Positions 48,992-62,272 of a stretch of DNA of 64,000 nucleotides are shown in pieces. Origin of the DNA: Isurus oxyrinchus (lineage: Eukaryota); contig JANJGN010000007.1 of assembly GCA_026770705.1 (NCBI GenBank), positions 56,606,001-56,670,000 of the forward strand. Direction: 5' to 3'. Numbering within the stretch: the stretch's first letter is position 1; each line of letters starts with the position of its first letter. The notes below the pieces were generated by a model. That model was not told where the DNA came from, did not search any database, and was given only the letters and a program-made list of their open reading frames with translations. A program made the translations under genes and the position numbers.

Positions 48992-50050
48992 TGTTACAAT
49001 CTGGTTAGGGACAAGTAGCTTTTTGTTTAAAGTAGACAAAGTTTGAAATCCCTGGTATTTACTAAGAGAATAAAGCCACAAGATTCCAGGGCTTTAAACA
49101 AACAAAGTAAACTCTACTACACAAAGTCAGAAAAGTAAAACTATTTACAATAGCTATTTTATATTCTAACCTTCAGAATTAACATAAGATAAATATGAAT
49201 GAACAGGACAACTGTGGTCGAACACACCAAACCGCACAATAAATGGCAGATGTCACTAAGACAGAGCCCATGGATCTCTCAGCATCTACCCAGATGTCAG
49301 TGTCTACAGTGAGTTACACAATCTTGTGAAAATTCTGTCCCTGCACAAGGGATTGCAAGTCCCCATTTTCAAAGATCTACCCTCTGAATTCTCTCAAAAG
49401 CCATTCCATCTTGGACTGCCCCAACAACTGCATACATCCTGATGATTCAATCTCTTCTCCTGAGACTGCCTTGCCATGGGATTCACAAAGCTGCATTCCA
49501 GCATCTAATTACTGCCAAAACTTAGCTCTTTAGCTGACCACCAGCTTCACAGAGTTGGCACTGCCCCTGGGTTTCTCTGAAGTCCAACCTCCTGGCTTCA
49601 CTGAGCTAGAAATAGATCCTAGAACTTCTGAGCTCAACCCTTTCCAACACAGAGCCAGCGACCTTCTGCCACCTTCTTGGTTCCCCATGACTCCTCCTGA
49701 GCCCTTGTTACCTACAGTCTGCCAACAGCAGTACTTTTGCTGCTGGGAGCCTCTTCCTTTGCCTCCCAACAAACTTAATCATGTGGGTATACCTTTACTC
49801 ACTACCATAGGTCCTGTGGTTAGGTTTTGCACCACCATTACCACACAAGAGCCCTGGTGATCTCTGCCATGGCCCTAGAGAACCCAGAATACTGGACTGA
49901 GACATATGCTGCCTGTCACCTTGCTGCAATCTACGCATGTGCCTGCCATGAAATGGAGTCCTCTGCCCACACCCAGAACAAGGTAAGATCACATTTCTTA
50001 ACTGTATAGATATATAATATATTATATTAATTATAGTGGGAATTTTGTTA
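48992..50050 (-). mobile_element. Possible solo LTR in reverse orientation
   Basis: Starts TGTTACA with LTR-like composition; right boundary and TSD not resolved. Confidence 0.3.
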
Positions 50051-50453
50051 CTAGCAGTATTGTTACAGTAAAATGTGAGACTGCGTGACATGATATCTTT
50101 CAGTAAGCACAATGCAGCTCGTGGGTACTTACCAGCTCGCTTTCACAGTTGCTGCCTTGTTGCTATAACAATGTGCGTTGTCTTTAACAGTTCAAATTAG
50201 CATAATTGCTGACATGTTTGTACAATTCAGCAGAATTATTATCAGGATAATAGTTATATTCTAAAGCACCAATATTATTGTTGACAAATCTTCCTAAGTC
50301 ATTAGGCAAAATTGTTGTGCATTAATTGTTTGTTTCCTTAAATGGTATAAAAGAAATAATTTTATGGCTGACTTTAGTCTTTCATATCCTTGAAACAGTG
50401 ATGAATGATATTGCCTTTATTCATGATACATTGAGAGAAAATGTTATTACTTT

Positions 50454-51734
50454 GGCCGGAATTTTCCGCCCCTATTGACGTCAGGCAGGACTATATGGCG
50501 AGAAGGCCTAAAATTGGTTTTAAGCCGTTGTGGAACCAATTTGCCATTGTCCACTCCACCCGTCAATGACAGGCTGCATTTCCTGCTGCTGCACATTGGG
50601 AACCTCATTTCAATAATTTAGCATCTCATTATAAGCCCTGCTTGCCGGTACCATCCCCCATGCTGGATCATCCGGGCCACGCTGATGTGCCTCACAACTG
50701 CACGTAAGCAACATGCACATGCCAAGCTGCAGTTCATTCAGGACTTCGAGGTTTGTTTGCCTACCTTGCTTCAGTCAGCACTTGCAGTCATCAGTGTCAG
50801 ACTTCGCAGACATCACTTTTAGGGGGGCTCACAGGCAGGTCTCTAACTACCAGGGCAACCATAAGGTGGGGGAAGGGAGGTTCTTATCAACAACTGCAGG
50901 GCTAGGGTTTGCTTGAGTAAGGGGGATAAGTGCACTCAGGCAAGGGAAAAGGCTGCAGGGCCAGGGCTGTGCTGGGGAAGGGCATATCCCAGGGTGTGTG
51001 TGGGGGCACATTTTGTTCTGTGCAGGTGGCCTCAAGATGGTGAGGACCAAGGAGGCAGGTTCCAGAGGAGATGAGGCCAGATGGAGATGTGAGGGTGTGT
51101 GTGAGAGAGAGAGTGATGATGTCCCTTGAGCTGGCAGTGAGTGAGAAGCCAGTGAAAGTGTAATGGCCTTGTGAGTGTGTGGGTTTAGAGTGCTGAGATG
51201 GTTGACTTATCCTGGCAGCACGGATGAGATCATTCATCCATTCTCTGTGCTGGATGGCCGACCTCTTCTGTGCAGCATTGGCACTGACCACCTCTGCCAC
51301 CAACTCCCAAGCCAGAGTGGTGAGACCAATGGGCCTCCTGCAGTCAGAATGGGAGTAGAGGACATCATGGTGGGCTGTCAGGGCATCCAGGGATGCCTTG
51401 GGATGCTAAGAATGCATCACTGCATTGGGGGCTGCACTCTTCTTGGCTTTTGGGGCCTTGTCTTCACCAGAGCAAGCCTAGGCTGCAAGCATTGAGAATT
51501 GTGCGCAGGACTGCAGTTTAAATATGTTGCTCTGTGTGAGGAAGTGGCAATGTAACAGCATGGTGGGCAAGTCGGAGGCCACCCACCAGTGAGACATGTT
51601 TCCTGTGGCTGCATAGTTAATGAGGCAAGAAGAGAGCGATACGGTGCAAAAACCCAGCATTGCGCCTGGCGGGTAAAACAACTTTCTTCCCACCCGCTAC
51701 CACACTTTTGTGAAAACCTGGGACGATTCTGCCA
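50454..51734. mobile_element. Internally deleted relative of the 16345-25448 Harbinger
   Basis: Left ~250 bp and right ~700 bp are colinear with that element's ends; Myb exon AEVVSANAAQKRSAIQHREWMNDL; TIR GGACGATTCTGCCA. Confidence 0.78.
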
Positions 51735-51831
51735 CTTGGTTTCTCATACAGTTGAAGACTGAAGGAAGAAATGATAGATAGCTATGTTTGGTATAATAAC
51801 AAAAATGTGTGCAAGGTCTCTACGAAGTGGA

Positions 51832-51949
51832 GGTACACAATTTTACGGCAGTGGGATTTTACGTTCCCGCTGAAGTCAATGGGCTTTGTAACAGCTCGCC
51901 GCAGTTCACGGACCCGTCCCCACCGAAATGGGGCTCTAAAATTCTGCCC
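51832..51949. mobile_element. Small Harbinger MITE
   Basis: Ends AAAATTCTGCCC; gaagtcaatgg core shared with 31065-31200. Confidence 0.55.
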
Positions 51950-52399
51950 AATGTTATGCATTAGTTTAGGACACAATAAAATGGAAAGAAGCCTTTGATG
52001 TGCTACACAGTGGGCTGACAGTCTCCTGGTTCACCACATGATGCCTTTCTGAGATCTGCTTGGAGGTATGTTGATGGGGAGTGGCTAGGATTTAACTTAA
52101 GCCTTTCATATGCATCTGCTAGTGGTTAATTGTGGCATTGGCAGAAGGTAAACCGTTGTTCACTTTCTCCATGAGGTGATGATATGTGTCCAAGGACAAC
52201 TAGATGTTATAAGATTTTTTGCACATTGGAATAGGATGATGTTCTGCTTATTTTTTTTTAATTAATATGATAAATGTTTTAAGTGCTAAATGATAAATAG
52301 TATCCATAGAGAAGATAACAAACATTGATAAAGAAGTTCTCAACCCATGAACATCAATGCAAAGGGAAGGTTGGGATGCGCAATGGGGTGTGTAGTGTC

Positions 52400-53140
52400 A
52401 GGTGAAGAGGAGCAGAGTGTTATTGAATGTGTTGGAAAGCTTTTGGTCGATGTGCTGGTCAAGCTGAACAGCTTGAAGCATGGGTAATCTGCGAGATACA
52501 GCTGTAAGGCTTGCAGTAGTGGTAAGTATGTGAGGGTGAGGTGGAGCATATGATTGCCAGGTATCAATCTTGATTGCTAGAGATGGCAGATGAGTAAGTG
52601 ATGGGGGTTTGTGAGACATTGAGCAGTGTGTGAAGTTTGAGGTGCGGTGGGTAGCTGGCGGTATTTGAAGATGCATTCACTGACCTTGATCACCCACGTG
52701 AAGTTGATAAACTTTTTGCTGTACTGCAGCCAGGTCCTCAGGGCTAGATTCCTTGAATTGATCTCCTTAGCTACCTGCTCCTATTCTTTTCACACTGTAT
52801 GCCTGTACGGCCTCTCCCTGCAGAACCATAACCTCTCTCCTTTCCACTCCTTGAACAAAGGCCTCCAGCGTCTCATCAGAGAACTTAGAAGCCCTCTCTC
52901 TGGCTTCTTCCTCCATTGGCGTTCTTATTCCTTCTCTGAAACACTTGGTGGCAGTTCCATCAACTGCTGCAGCCTGAAAGCACCTCCCCTTTAAGAGGTG
53001 CAGGCTGCCTTTAAGAAGTGCAGGACAGCTCCAGCTCATGTTAGCCATGCATGCACCTGAGCCCTTTGCTCAGCATTCAGCCAGTCAGCATCACATTTTG
53101 TGCAGGTTTGCACACCACATCATGCTGATGTGCAGGCAAC
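52400..53140 (-). mobile_element. Harbinger Myb/SANT first-exon relic
   Basis: MEEEARERASKFSDETLEAFVQGVERREV. Confidence 0.55.
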
Positions 53141-53145
53141 AAATT

Positions 53146-53272
53146 GGGCAGAATTTACCGGCCCTGTTGCAGCAGGGACAGGGCCAGAAAATGCGTTGAG
53201 CCATTCAAAAGTCCATTAACTTTGGTGGGACTGGAATATTCTGCCAGCAGGAGGGGCTGGAAAATTCTAACC
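53146..53272. mobile_element. Small Harbinger MITE
   Basis: GGGCAGAATTT / AAAATTCTAACC ends. Confidence 0.6.
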
Positions 53273-54159
53273 AGTGTGTCCTTTGGACAATTTTTCAACA
53301 GCAATGGGGCATTATTACAATGGAAATCAACTGCATGTTTTGTTAAGAGTTGCCACTAGCACTTTGTTTAAACAGAGAGTATGTTAGTAAAGTGACTCCT
53401 TTTTTATTGTTGACAAACATACATTATCATGACATAAATTTGGGCAAAACACATCAACATGTCACCATTGTCTCACCTCATTGTGACACATAGCTCTTCT
53501 AGCACTTTTACCCCCACACATAAAATGCTTGACAAACACTTTTTCGTAAAAACGTTCTCTCTTTAAGGTACTTACTTTGGTCCATGAGTGCTGCATTTTA
53601 TTGGAGAGGCACTCTCTAATGTCGTCCTCTAAAAGTGGTTCATGGTCCTGTTGCTGCAGAAACAGCCCTCTTTATGTTGTAACAGGTTTTGTGCAGCAGA
53701 TTTATTTTAAAGCAACAATATGTGTTTAAGCTTGGCATTATCAAGAGCTTAAGCGTGAGCATTGCTCAGTACCACCTCCCCAATCCTAGTCAGGTCACCA
53801 CTTTTCATGCTAGGTTGGTCTTAAAATACTGCTTACTGTCAACTAACTGCATGGAAATTCGGCAAAAATCATAAGAGGAGCCTTTTTTTTTTATCTTTCT
53901 ACCTGTGAATCTTCAAGATTTCTGTTAACATTCAAGGCTATGGGCCAAGTGCTGGTAAATGAGATTAGGTAGGTAGGTCAGGTGTTTCTCACATGTCGGT
54001 GCAGACTCGATGGGCCAAAGGGCCTCTTCTGTGCTGTGATTCTGCGATTCTGTTAACAGTTAAACAGATTGGTCAAATTTGGGCACAATGTGGTGCATAA
54101 ATAGTCTGGTGGCAGAACCATAGGAAATTGATCTGTCATTATCATCTATATGTTACTGC

Positions 54160-55190
54160 TTAATCGACACCCCATTCAACATGTTAAACATTCATTCCCT
54201 TCACCACCAATACACAGTGGCAGCAGTATGTACCATATACAAGGTGCAAAGCAACAACTCACCAAGACTCCTTCAACAGCACCTTCCAAACCTGCGACCT
54301 CTACCACCTAGAAGGACAAGGTTAACAGAGACATACGAGCATCAGCAGCTGCAAGTTTCCCTCCAAGCTACTCACCATCCTGACTTGATATTATATCCCC
54401 ATTCCTTCACTGTCGCTGGGTCAAAATCCTTGAACTCCCTGTACTGGCCTTTAACCCAGAAGCAGCAACAGAACTTGACAAGTTCTGTCGAAGGGTCATG
54501 AGGACTCGAAATGTCAACTCTTTTCTTCTCCGCCGATGCTGCCAGACCTGCTGAGTTTTCCAGGTAATTCTGTTTTTGAGCTGGAGGCAGAAGCCAATCA
54601 GCAAACACATGCAGACAGAAAGGAGATCTGCGGGACAGGAGAGTTGGAGACGTGTTGAGAATGTTCCGGAAGGAAGTGCACCATATAGGGAAGATTGCAC
54701 GGTTGGAACCCCGTTTAAATGGAAGCTGCTCCTTATAGAGAATTGGCTAACTTCTGGAAGGAAAGGGACTAGAACTTGGATTGGAAGACCTGTGTCGCTG
54801 ATATGGGGACCCACAGGTAACGTGGACTGCTTACTTAATAAGTGAGATAGTCGTTGTTGAATCTGTTATTCCATGTTTAACGTATAGTTCATACTGGCCG
54901 TGATTTTCCTGTTATGTTTAATTTACAGTGATTCTAATTCATGTCAAAGTATAGTTATAAAAAAGTGAAATCTTGTTGGTAATTTCTTCATTTGGGGAGC
55001 GCTTGGTAAAGTCGGTTGATTCCCACTGGAATCGTAGCACTCCCTTCCTAACAGCGGTGTGGGTGTGCTTACACCAGTGGTCTGCAGCTGTTCAAGAAGG
55101 TGGCTCACCACCAGCTTCTCAAGCACAGTTGCAGATGGGCAACAAATGCTGGCCTTGTCAATGATGCTCACATCTCAGGAAAGAATTAAA
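54160..55190 (+). mobile_element. LINE 3' fragment split by a solo LTR (54440-55039) that itself contains a Penelope end (~54468-54578)
   Basis: HSLHHQYTVAAVCTIYK; LTR TG...CA with TSD CTCCC at 54435-54439 and 55040-55044; hammerhead motif 54481-54519. Confidence 0.75.
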
Positions 55191-56924
55191 AGAAAATACC
55201 AGCAAGCATTAAGCATTCTCTATCCCAGAGGCAACACAGCAATTGCATGAGGGGCAGTGATGATGGCAGTCTGGAATGGAGATGAGGAGGGTGAGACATG
55301 GAGCTGGGCTGGCAGTTTAAATATGGACCCTAGAGGAGGACTCCTGCTCCCACTCCCTCTGTATTCAGCACTTGTCTTTTTGGTGGCAATCTCCAGCAGT
55401 CCCTTTAATGAATGCAGTTTTAGCTAACATATTCCTGAGAAAAATGACTGCAACTTGCACGGCCCACGCTGCGCTCAGTCATGACCCAATTTTGCAAAAT
55501 GGGGCATGAAACAGACATTTGGTCACTGTCTTGCTTAGAAAATGGATGTCTAAAGTATGGCAGGCAGCATTTTCCAGCATGGACTGAGCATGTGCATGCC
55601 ATGTTAATTCCTTCAATGCCAATTCAAGCATGAACTGGGCACTGTGCAATCAAATGTCTAAAGCATTACACTTGCGCACAAATAAGTAAGGACCAACTTC
55701 GGTTAGATATGGTTTTAGCCAAATGATGTATCACCATTGCAGTTTTGTTATATTACAGTTTGAGGCAAATGATCTTTATTTTCTTGCTGGAGACAATCTA
55801 ACATTATTGTACAAGTAAATGCGTTATGACAAGTTTCACCTTTTAAATCAAATGATATGTAACCACAAATTGTGAAACTGGACCACATTAACTAAGTTCA
55901 GAACAATTCATATGCAAACACTAAAGGTTGCTTTTTGCTGCTTTTGAAAGGAGCCAGAATAATTATCTGATTTAAAAGCACTCACTGTGATGACACAGTG
56001 TGTAACATTTAGTTTTTTTAACCACAAAAAAGCGATATTCAAAGAGATGATGGGCCATGCTTGTCACATAATCCACTTTGATTTGCTCTTTTTGCGCTTT
56101 CTTTGGCTCAGCTTCCATTTCCTTTCCATCTCTGAAAAGAACCTTGGGATAGTTTTCTTAATTAAAGGTGGCATATAAATTAAAGTTCTAGTTGTGCTAT
56201 GGTTAACTATGGTACCACTATGTGGTACAGAGCTATGAGTGTGAGGAGAGATGTCTGTGTGCATAGTTTTCCCATACAGGTCACAGCCAAGTCAATGTTC
56301 ACTGCTTCCTTAAAGAATGAAAATTGGAGAGGGGATCACTCAAAGAGAATGCTCCCACTAGCAACGAATTAGAGAGCGGCATTAGAAAGTGGCATTATAG
56401 CGGTCTGAAATCAGTTTGCCTACTTGTGCTCTTGGCCTATGAATGCTGCATGGTTGATAGGGCCTTAAAGGATAAGAAAAATATGCTAGTCAGGTGGGAA
56501 ACATTTGCTTTAACATAAACTAATAAAAGATGAATTGAAAATAAGGAAAGGGTTATTGCGCCTAAAGATATAGGCTCTTAAAGGGATACATGTGTCCACT
56601 TGCTATTCACTACTGAAGTTTTAAAAGTTGCATGACATTGTCGTAAATTGCTTACATTTTCCCAATCTTTTTGATGGCTATTCCTCCCAGTACTGTTTTA
56701 ATTTAGCTTTTATACTTCTGGATTACATCAACACCCACTACAGAACTAAATACAGCTGTCACTGTTAATCAAGGTGCATGTTGCCATGAATATATTTGGA
56801 TCTAGGATTAATCAAAGCATTATGCCTCTTTTGTAAATTATTACTTGTGCATCAGAGATCATTGCAAAATGTCTACCAGTGTTGAATGGCAGTTGATTTT
56901 CTATGTTCCAGACAATATGGGCAA

Positions 56925-57490
56925 CAAGAGCATGGAGGTTAAGTTTAAGTTGAACTTGTATAAGATACTAGTTCGGCCTCAGCTGGAGTATTGTGTCTAG
57001 TTTTGGACGCTGCACTTTAGGAAAGATGTGAAGGCATTGGAGAGAATGGTTCCAGGGTTGAAACTTCAGTTATGAAGATAGATTGGAAAAGTTGGGACTG
57101 TTTTCCTTGGAGAAAATAAGGCTGAGAGGGGAGTTGATATACAAAATTATGAGGAGTCTGAACAGAGTAGATAGGGAGAAACTGTTCCCATTTGTGAAAG
57201 GATCGAGAACGAGAGAGCACAGATTTAATGTAATTTGCAAAAGAAGCAACAGCGATATGAGAAAAAACTTTTTCACACACTGAGTGGTTAAGGTCTGGAA
57301 GCACTGCCTGAGAGTATGGCAGATGCAGATTCAACCAAGGCATTCAAAAGGAAATTAGACTGATATTTGAAAAATAACAATGTGTAGGGTTTTGGGGAGA
57401 AGGCGGGAGAATGGCACTAAGTAAATTGCTCATTCAGAGAGCTGGTGTAAACATGAAGGGCCTCCTTCTGTGCTGTAAAAATTTCTGTGA
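56925..57490 (+). mobile_element. CR1 3' fragment
   Basis: LYKILVRPQLEYC, LGLFSLEKIRLRGELI, RKNFFT. Confidence 0.85.
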
Positions 57491-58083
57491 CTCTATGATC
57501 TGCTTGTTACATGGATGATGGACAAAGTTTTTTGAGATAAGGTGGTGCATCATATGTCATTACTCTGGACGAGACAGAGCTATGCAACATTGTGCCTCTC
57601 AATGAGATGTCATAAGAATTTGTGTTGATGAAACTAGTCAGCAGCCCATTAATGTTGTTGTTTCTGACAGACAGTGAAACCTGCAGGTCATTTTACTTAT
57701 GCCTTACTTTTTCAACGTTTCAAAATGCTCATTGGCACAGTAAAGCAGTAGAAGCTAAAACATACGATGAATCACATATTAAGTGGAAGTGCTAACCACA
57801 TATTGTCAATAATTAAAACCAAATTTTTGCATCCCTGTGCATTCAACTGCTGTGGGTGCTGCTCTAACACCACTGTTAACTGTAATTTAAATAATCTGCC
57901 TCAATCTAAATGTAGTTCAAAAGCTTTCAATTACAAGTACACAACACAACTTCTCAAGTTTTAAAAACTTTCTGCAAAAATTGATTATTCTGAATGTCAT
58001 TTTGGTGACTAATAATAAATGTGTTGCCTATTTTGCACAGCACTGTTACCTTTTATTTTTCTGCACTTTCCTTCGAAACGTAC

Positions 58084-58153
58084 CTTCCTGAATTAAAACC
58101 AGGTGGTTCCAAACTTTCAAGCAGTCTGATCCCTTTACCCTGATTGGACTTTA
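58084..58153 (-). CDS. Internal coding exon (phase 1-2) of the unidentified host gene: KSNQGKGIRLLESLEPPGFNSGR
   Basis: tgtttcttttag acceptor, AAG|gtacgt donor; joins in frame with 48371. Confidence 0.55.
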
Positions 58154-59624
58154 CTAAAAGAAACATTTTTGAACAGAACCTTTTGTTATTGTTTCCAACA
58201 CCATTTGATACTTCAACTGTGGAAGAAGGGGAGAGAGCGAGAGGAAAGGAGGGAGGAATGAAGCCTGAAAAAGAGAAACAGCTGCCTATGTGCATAACAA
58301 TTAACCTTTTCACAAGCACAAACCTATATTTAGGTTTGAACAAACTGTGCTCCAGATGTCATTAACCTATATTATAGCTGGTGTTGCAACTTACAATTTA
58401 TGCTTTAAACAATAAAAGTTCACACTTTTTTACCATACAGTGAATGAAATAGACAGAATTTAGATGCAACTCCAATTTCAACAAAATGTATTTAACAATT
58501 ACCTAGATATGAGTAATTGACAAAAATCAAGATTCAAAAATAAATGACAAAATACACAGAACTCTCAGCATATCAGGTGAGTTTGCATTCTCACAATCAT
58601 TCAGTTAAAGCTTCATTTCCCATCTTGGTAAAGTACTTTGGAAACATGCATGTAAGCTACAATGTTCCCATTGTGGAATGTCATTGTCACAGGGCAGTTC
58701 CTGTAACCCTTCTTCAGAGCTTAATTAAAATATAAGTGAAACATAGTTGAATGGTTTTACAGCAATCTGGACAGCAGCAGATGTAGCACAAACTGCACTT
58801 CAAACTGCTCCCAGTCGCAATCACTCTGAAGGTTTTGGCATGGGCTGCTCAAGCAATTGAATCCGATTGGGGAAAAAACTCCCCAAGAAGATATCAGTGC
58901 CCCAAGCTCACCTCCTGTTGACCAATCTGTAGGGAAGCCTTGCCCTTATAAAGCATGGAGGCATCTGGGAGCCACTCTATTATTGAAAAGAGGTATGAAA
59001 ATATACAAGCAGAGAGGGAAAGAAAATGAAATGACAAAAGTGCATTCAAATTAAAGCCTTAATTATTCTCCTCTGCTACTAAAGGAAATATGGTATTACA
59101 GATGTCTTTTACTTTATGGAATTGATGGTGTACAGAAGCTGAAGAGTGCTTAGCTTCTCCAAATGCTAACTCTCTGCCTTTCAGCCCCACTGAATTTATT
59201 ATGAAAATATGATCAGCAAATACATATTTCTGGTATTTATGAAAACAGAACCCTTTACAGTAAACTCATTGCTATGAGCATTCCGAGTTTTACTTTCTTT
59301 GCCTAGAAATAATTTGAAAATAATTTAGTTCAAAATTGACATTTATTAAGCTTGTCTGTGTTCAGCCCAGCCAAGCTTTTGTCTCTGTGTGAATAATTGT
59401 TGGTGCTATATCCATTTCTGCATGCGAAACAGGCTCTCACACCTGTGACAAGCACTTGCTGCTGTTCACAAAAATGTACAGCCGGATTTTCAAAACTTCA
59501 CAATTTTGACACGCACAAGTGGGTAATGTATGTAACCACATCACAAATGTCCTATCTTCAGCAGATTTCTGCACATTTTTGTACATCTCTTTAACATGCT
59601 AATTGCGTTCAAGTGTGCTTTGAT

Positions 59625-59990
59625 AGGAACTGAGTTAGAACAATGTGCTCAGCACAGGTTCAAATCCAGCCCAGACTTAACAGGATGAAAGCATTCTATT
59701 TCTGTTGGTTGTAAGGATCCTTAAGTAGGACAATCTCTGTCCAGTCCCTGGCAGGCACAAAACTATTCATAATTTATCGCAAATTGGCGCAAAATTGGAA
59801 ATTACACTCAGGGGCTACAAGGGAGGCTGATGTGGAAACTGAAATCTAATACTGGTGCAGCAGAGAGTTCTTCAGAGGTTGGGATTAAAGCACAGGGTTG
59901 TGGGCAATGTCATAGACATTTTATCTTGCATCTAGACTTGGTTTAGCTGCATGTACCTGATACTGACACTGCGTGTGAAATTGTGAAACC
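59625..59990 (+). mobile_element. Ancient LF-SINE-like element
   Basis: ggttcaaatccagcccag B box followed in order by ctgtccagtccct, aattggcgcaaaattgg, ggaaactgaa, gggattaaagcaca, resembling my recollection of the LF-SINE consensus. Confidence 0.5.
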
Positions 59991-60544
59991 TTTCCCAGCA
60001 CTGACATCTTTATCATTCAAAACAAAATGTACTTGTTACAATGGAAGGCTAAATATTTCAGCATCACTAATTAAAAATTATATCATCTGAGGAAAACTTC
60101 AATTTGTAAACAAATAGTATATTTTAGGGATCAGAAATAATGGTCAAAGAAGATGTCCTTCAGTACGAATAAAATGAGGTTAAGCTATGCAATTTTATTG
60201 TATGAGTTTCAATTTCCATAAACATTTAAACATAATCAAATACAGCACTTTTCCTATTATAACTAAATGTATGAATCAGCCTCAATATTAACATAAGGCC
60301 TCTCATCCTGCATCGTTGGTGTGAGGCCCAGGTTATGATAATTGCCAGGTCCCATTAACGTCATCCAGGTTTGGCTCCTACTTGAAGCTGGCAGGTATAA
60401 TGAAGAGGCCAGTGGGTGGGAACTAACTGCACAGAAAGCCACTACCTGAGATGCACCAGGCATGTTGCTGACAGTCAGGAAATTTGGGAGCAAGAGGGCA
60501 GGAGCTTCAAACGTAATCACCGTCAATGGATGGAGGAGCAAGGG

Positions 60545-61000
60545 AGGCCCAATGTTACAAACATACGAATTAGGAGCAGCAGCAGCAGGATTGGCCATTC
60601 AGCCCCTCAAGCTGGTCCACCATTCAATAAGATCATGGCTGATCAGAATGTAATCTCAACCCCATTTTTCTGCCTACCCCTGATAACCTTTCACCCCTTT
60701 CTAGCCCTGCCTTAAAAATATTTAAAGACTCTGCTTCCACCACCTCTTGAGGAAGCAAGTTCCAAAGACTCACAAACCTCTGGAAAAAAATTCTCCTCAT
60801 CTCTGCCTTAAATGGGCAACCCCTTATTTTTAAACAGTGACCTCTAGTTCTAGATTCACCTACAGGAGGAAACATCCACTCCACATCCATCCTGTCAAGA
60901 CCCCTCAGGATCTTAAAAGTTTCAATTAAGCAGCCTCTTATTCTTCTAAATTCCAGTAGATACAAGCCTAACCTGCTCAGCTTTTCCTCATAAGACAACC
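60545..61000 (-). mobile_element. CR1 3' fragment
   Basis: LSYEEKLSRLGLYLLEFRRIRGCLIETFKIL..SRTRGH..FFQRFVSLWNLLP. Confidence 0.85.
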
Positions 61001-62139
61001 TTCTGTGGCTCACAGGATGATGCCTACTGCTCCTGTTCCACAATAAAACCCTTAAAATGTTTAAATCCTTACTTTCAGGCTCTCTTTTTGTTCTCCTGCT
61101 CCTTGCATCCAGCATTCCTGGTGAAGCCAGCACCAGAGACCAAAAATGCAGCAGGAGATAAAAATGCGTTCCAACTTTTAAATCTCAAAGAGGCCCTTGG
61201 CCTGCTTGAGTTGAGAGCCTCACAGTGAGGGCTAGCTAAAATGGTGCAAGGTCAGCGAGAACGTGGTGAATAGCATGCTGCCACAAACTTAACTACCTCT
61301 TGCCCTTTCTCATTGAGCAGGTCTAATGTAATTAACCAATAGGACTACATGTAGAGTATTCCAAGCTTGTAACACATCTTGCTTTCTAGTGAGTAATGTA
61401 AAGCTATATGGCAAATCAGCACAGTCTTGATGGTGGCTGTTCGTATTTAGGAAAGAAATATGGAACATCACAGCCCTAACAAAAGGTGAGAAAATTCACA
61501 AATAGAGAAACATTAAAGAGTTGCATAGATTGTCAAAAAGATTAATTGTTTATATTCTTTAAAAAAAGGATTTATAGGTTGGTGATAGAGTGTTCATTGC
61601 TCAGGACTTGGATGCCTATATAAACCACTTCAGTTCGTCTCTCATAATTACAACATCATGGAACATCTTCAAGAGTCTTGCAAGCATGTAAAATATTGCC
61701 TACCAGCTGTTATTCTCTATACGAAGGTTCTGAGATTGGTGCTTATTGGGGTTCTCATAAATGTTTTACTCTGTGTTCTAATAATGTTATTTTGTTTAAA
61801 TCTGACCTCGTTTCCTCTCATCATTTATGACAAATTGTTGTTTGTATGAAGGAGGCCACATGTGAACATTTTTCCCCTTACAATTAAATAAACACATTAA
61901 CGAAGCACACTTGAATCACATCGGTGACAATTTTTACACTGTTTTCTACAATACCAGCACAACATCAAAGTATCTGCAGAAACTGTGTTTTTAAAGATTA
62001 TAGACTTAATCAAAAGTGTGATAAATTCTGGTTTAAAATTAATTCCTTTAGTAGATAAAAAAAATTGTAACAGAAAACATAAGTAATTAAGAGAAATGCC
62101 ATTCAGCCCAATTACGACCAGATAGTATCTCTCTCCCAA

Positions 62140-62272
62140 GTGGAGAAGTAGATCACAGACTGAAACATTTACTCGCTTTCTCTCGCCAGTGATGCTGCCA
62201 GACCTGCAAGTATTTCCACCATTTTCTGTTTCCATTTCAGATTTCCAGCATCTGCATCATTTTGCTTTTGTA
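62140..62272 (+). mobile_element. Penelope terminal-repeat fragment
   Basis: gatgctgccagacctgc..atttcagatttccagcatctgca shared with the 9650, 54535 and 63850 copies. Confidence 0.6.
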
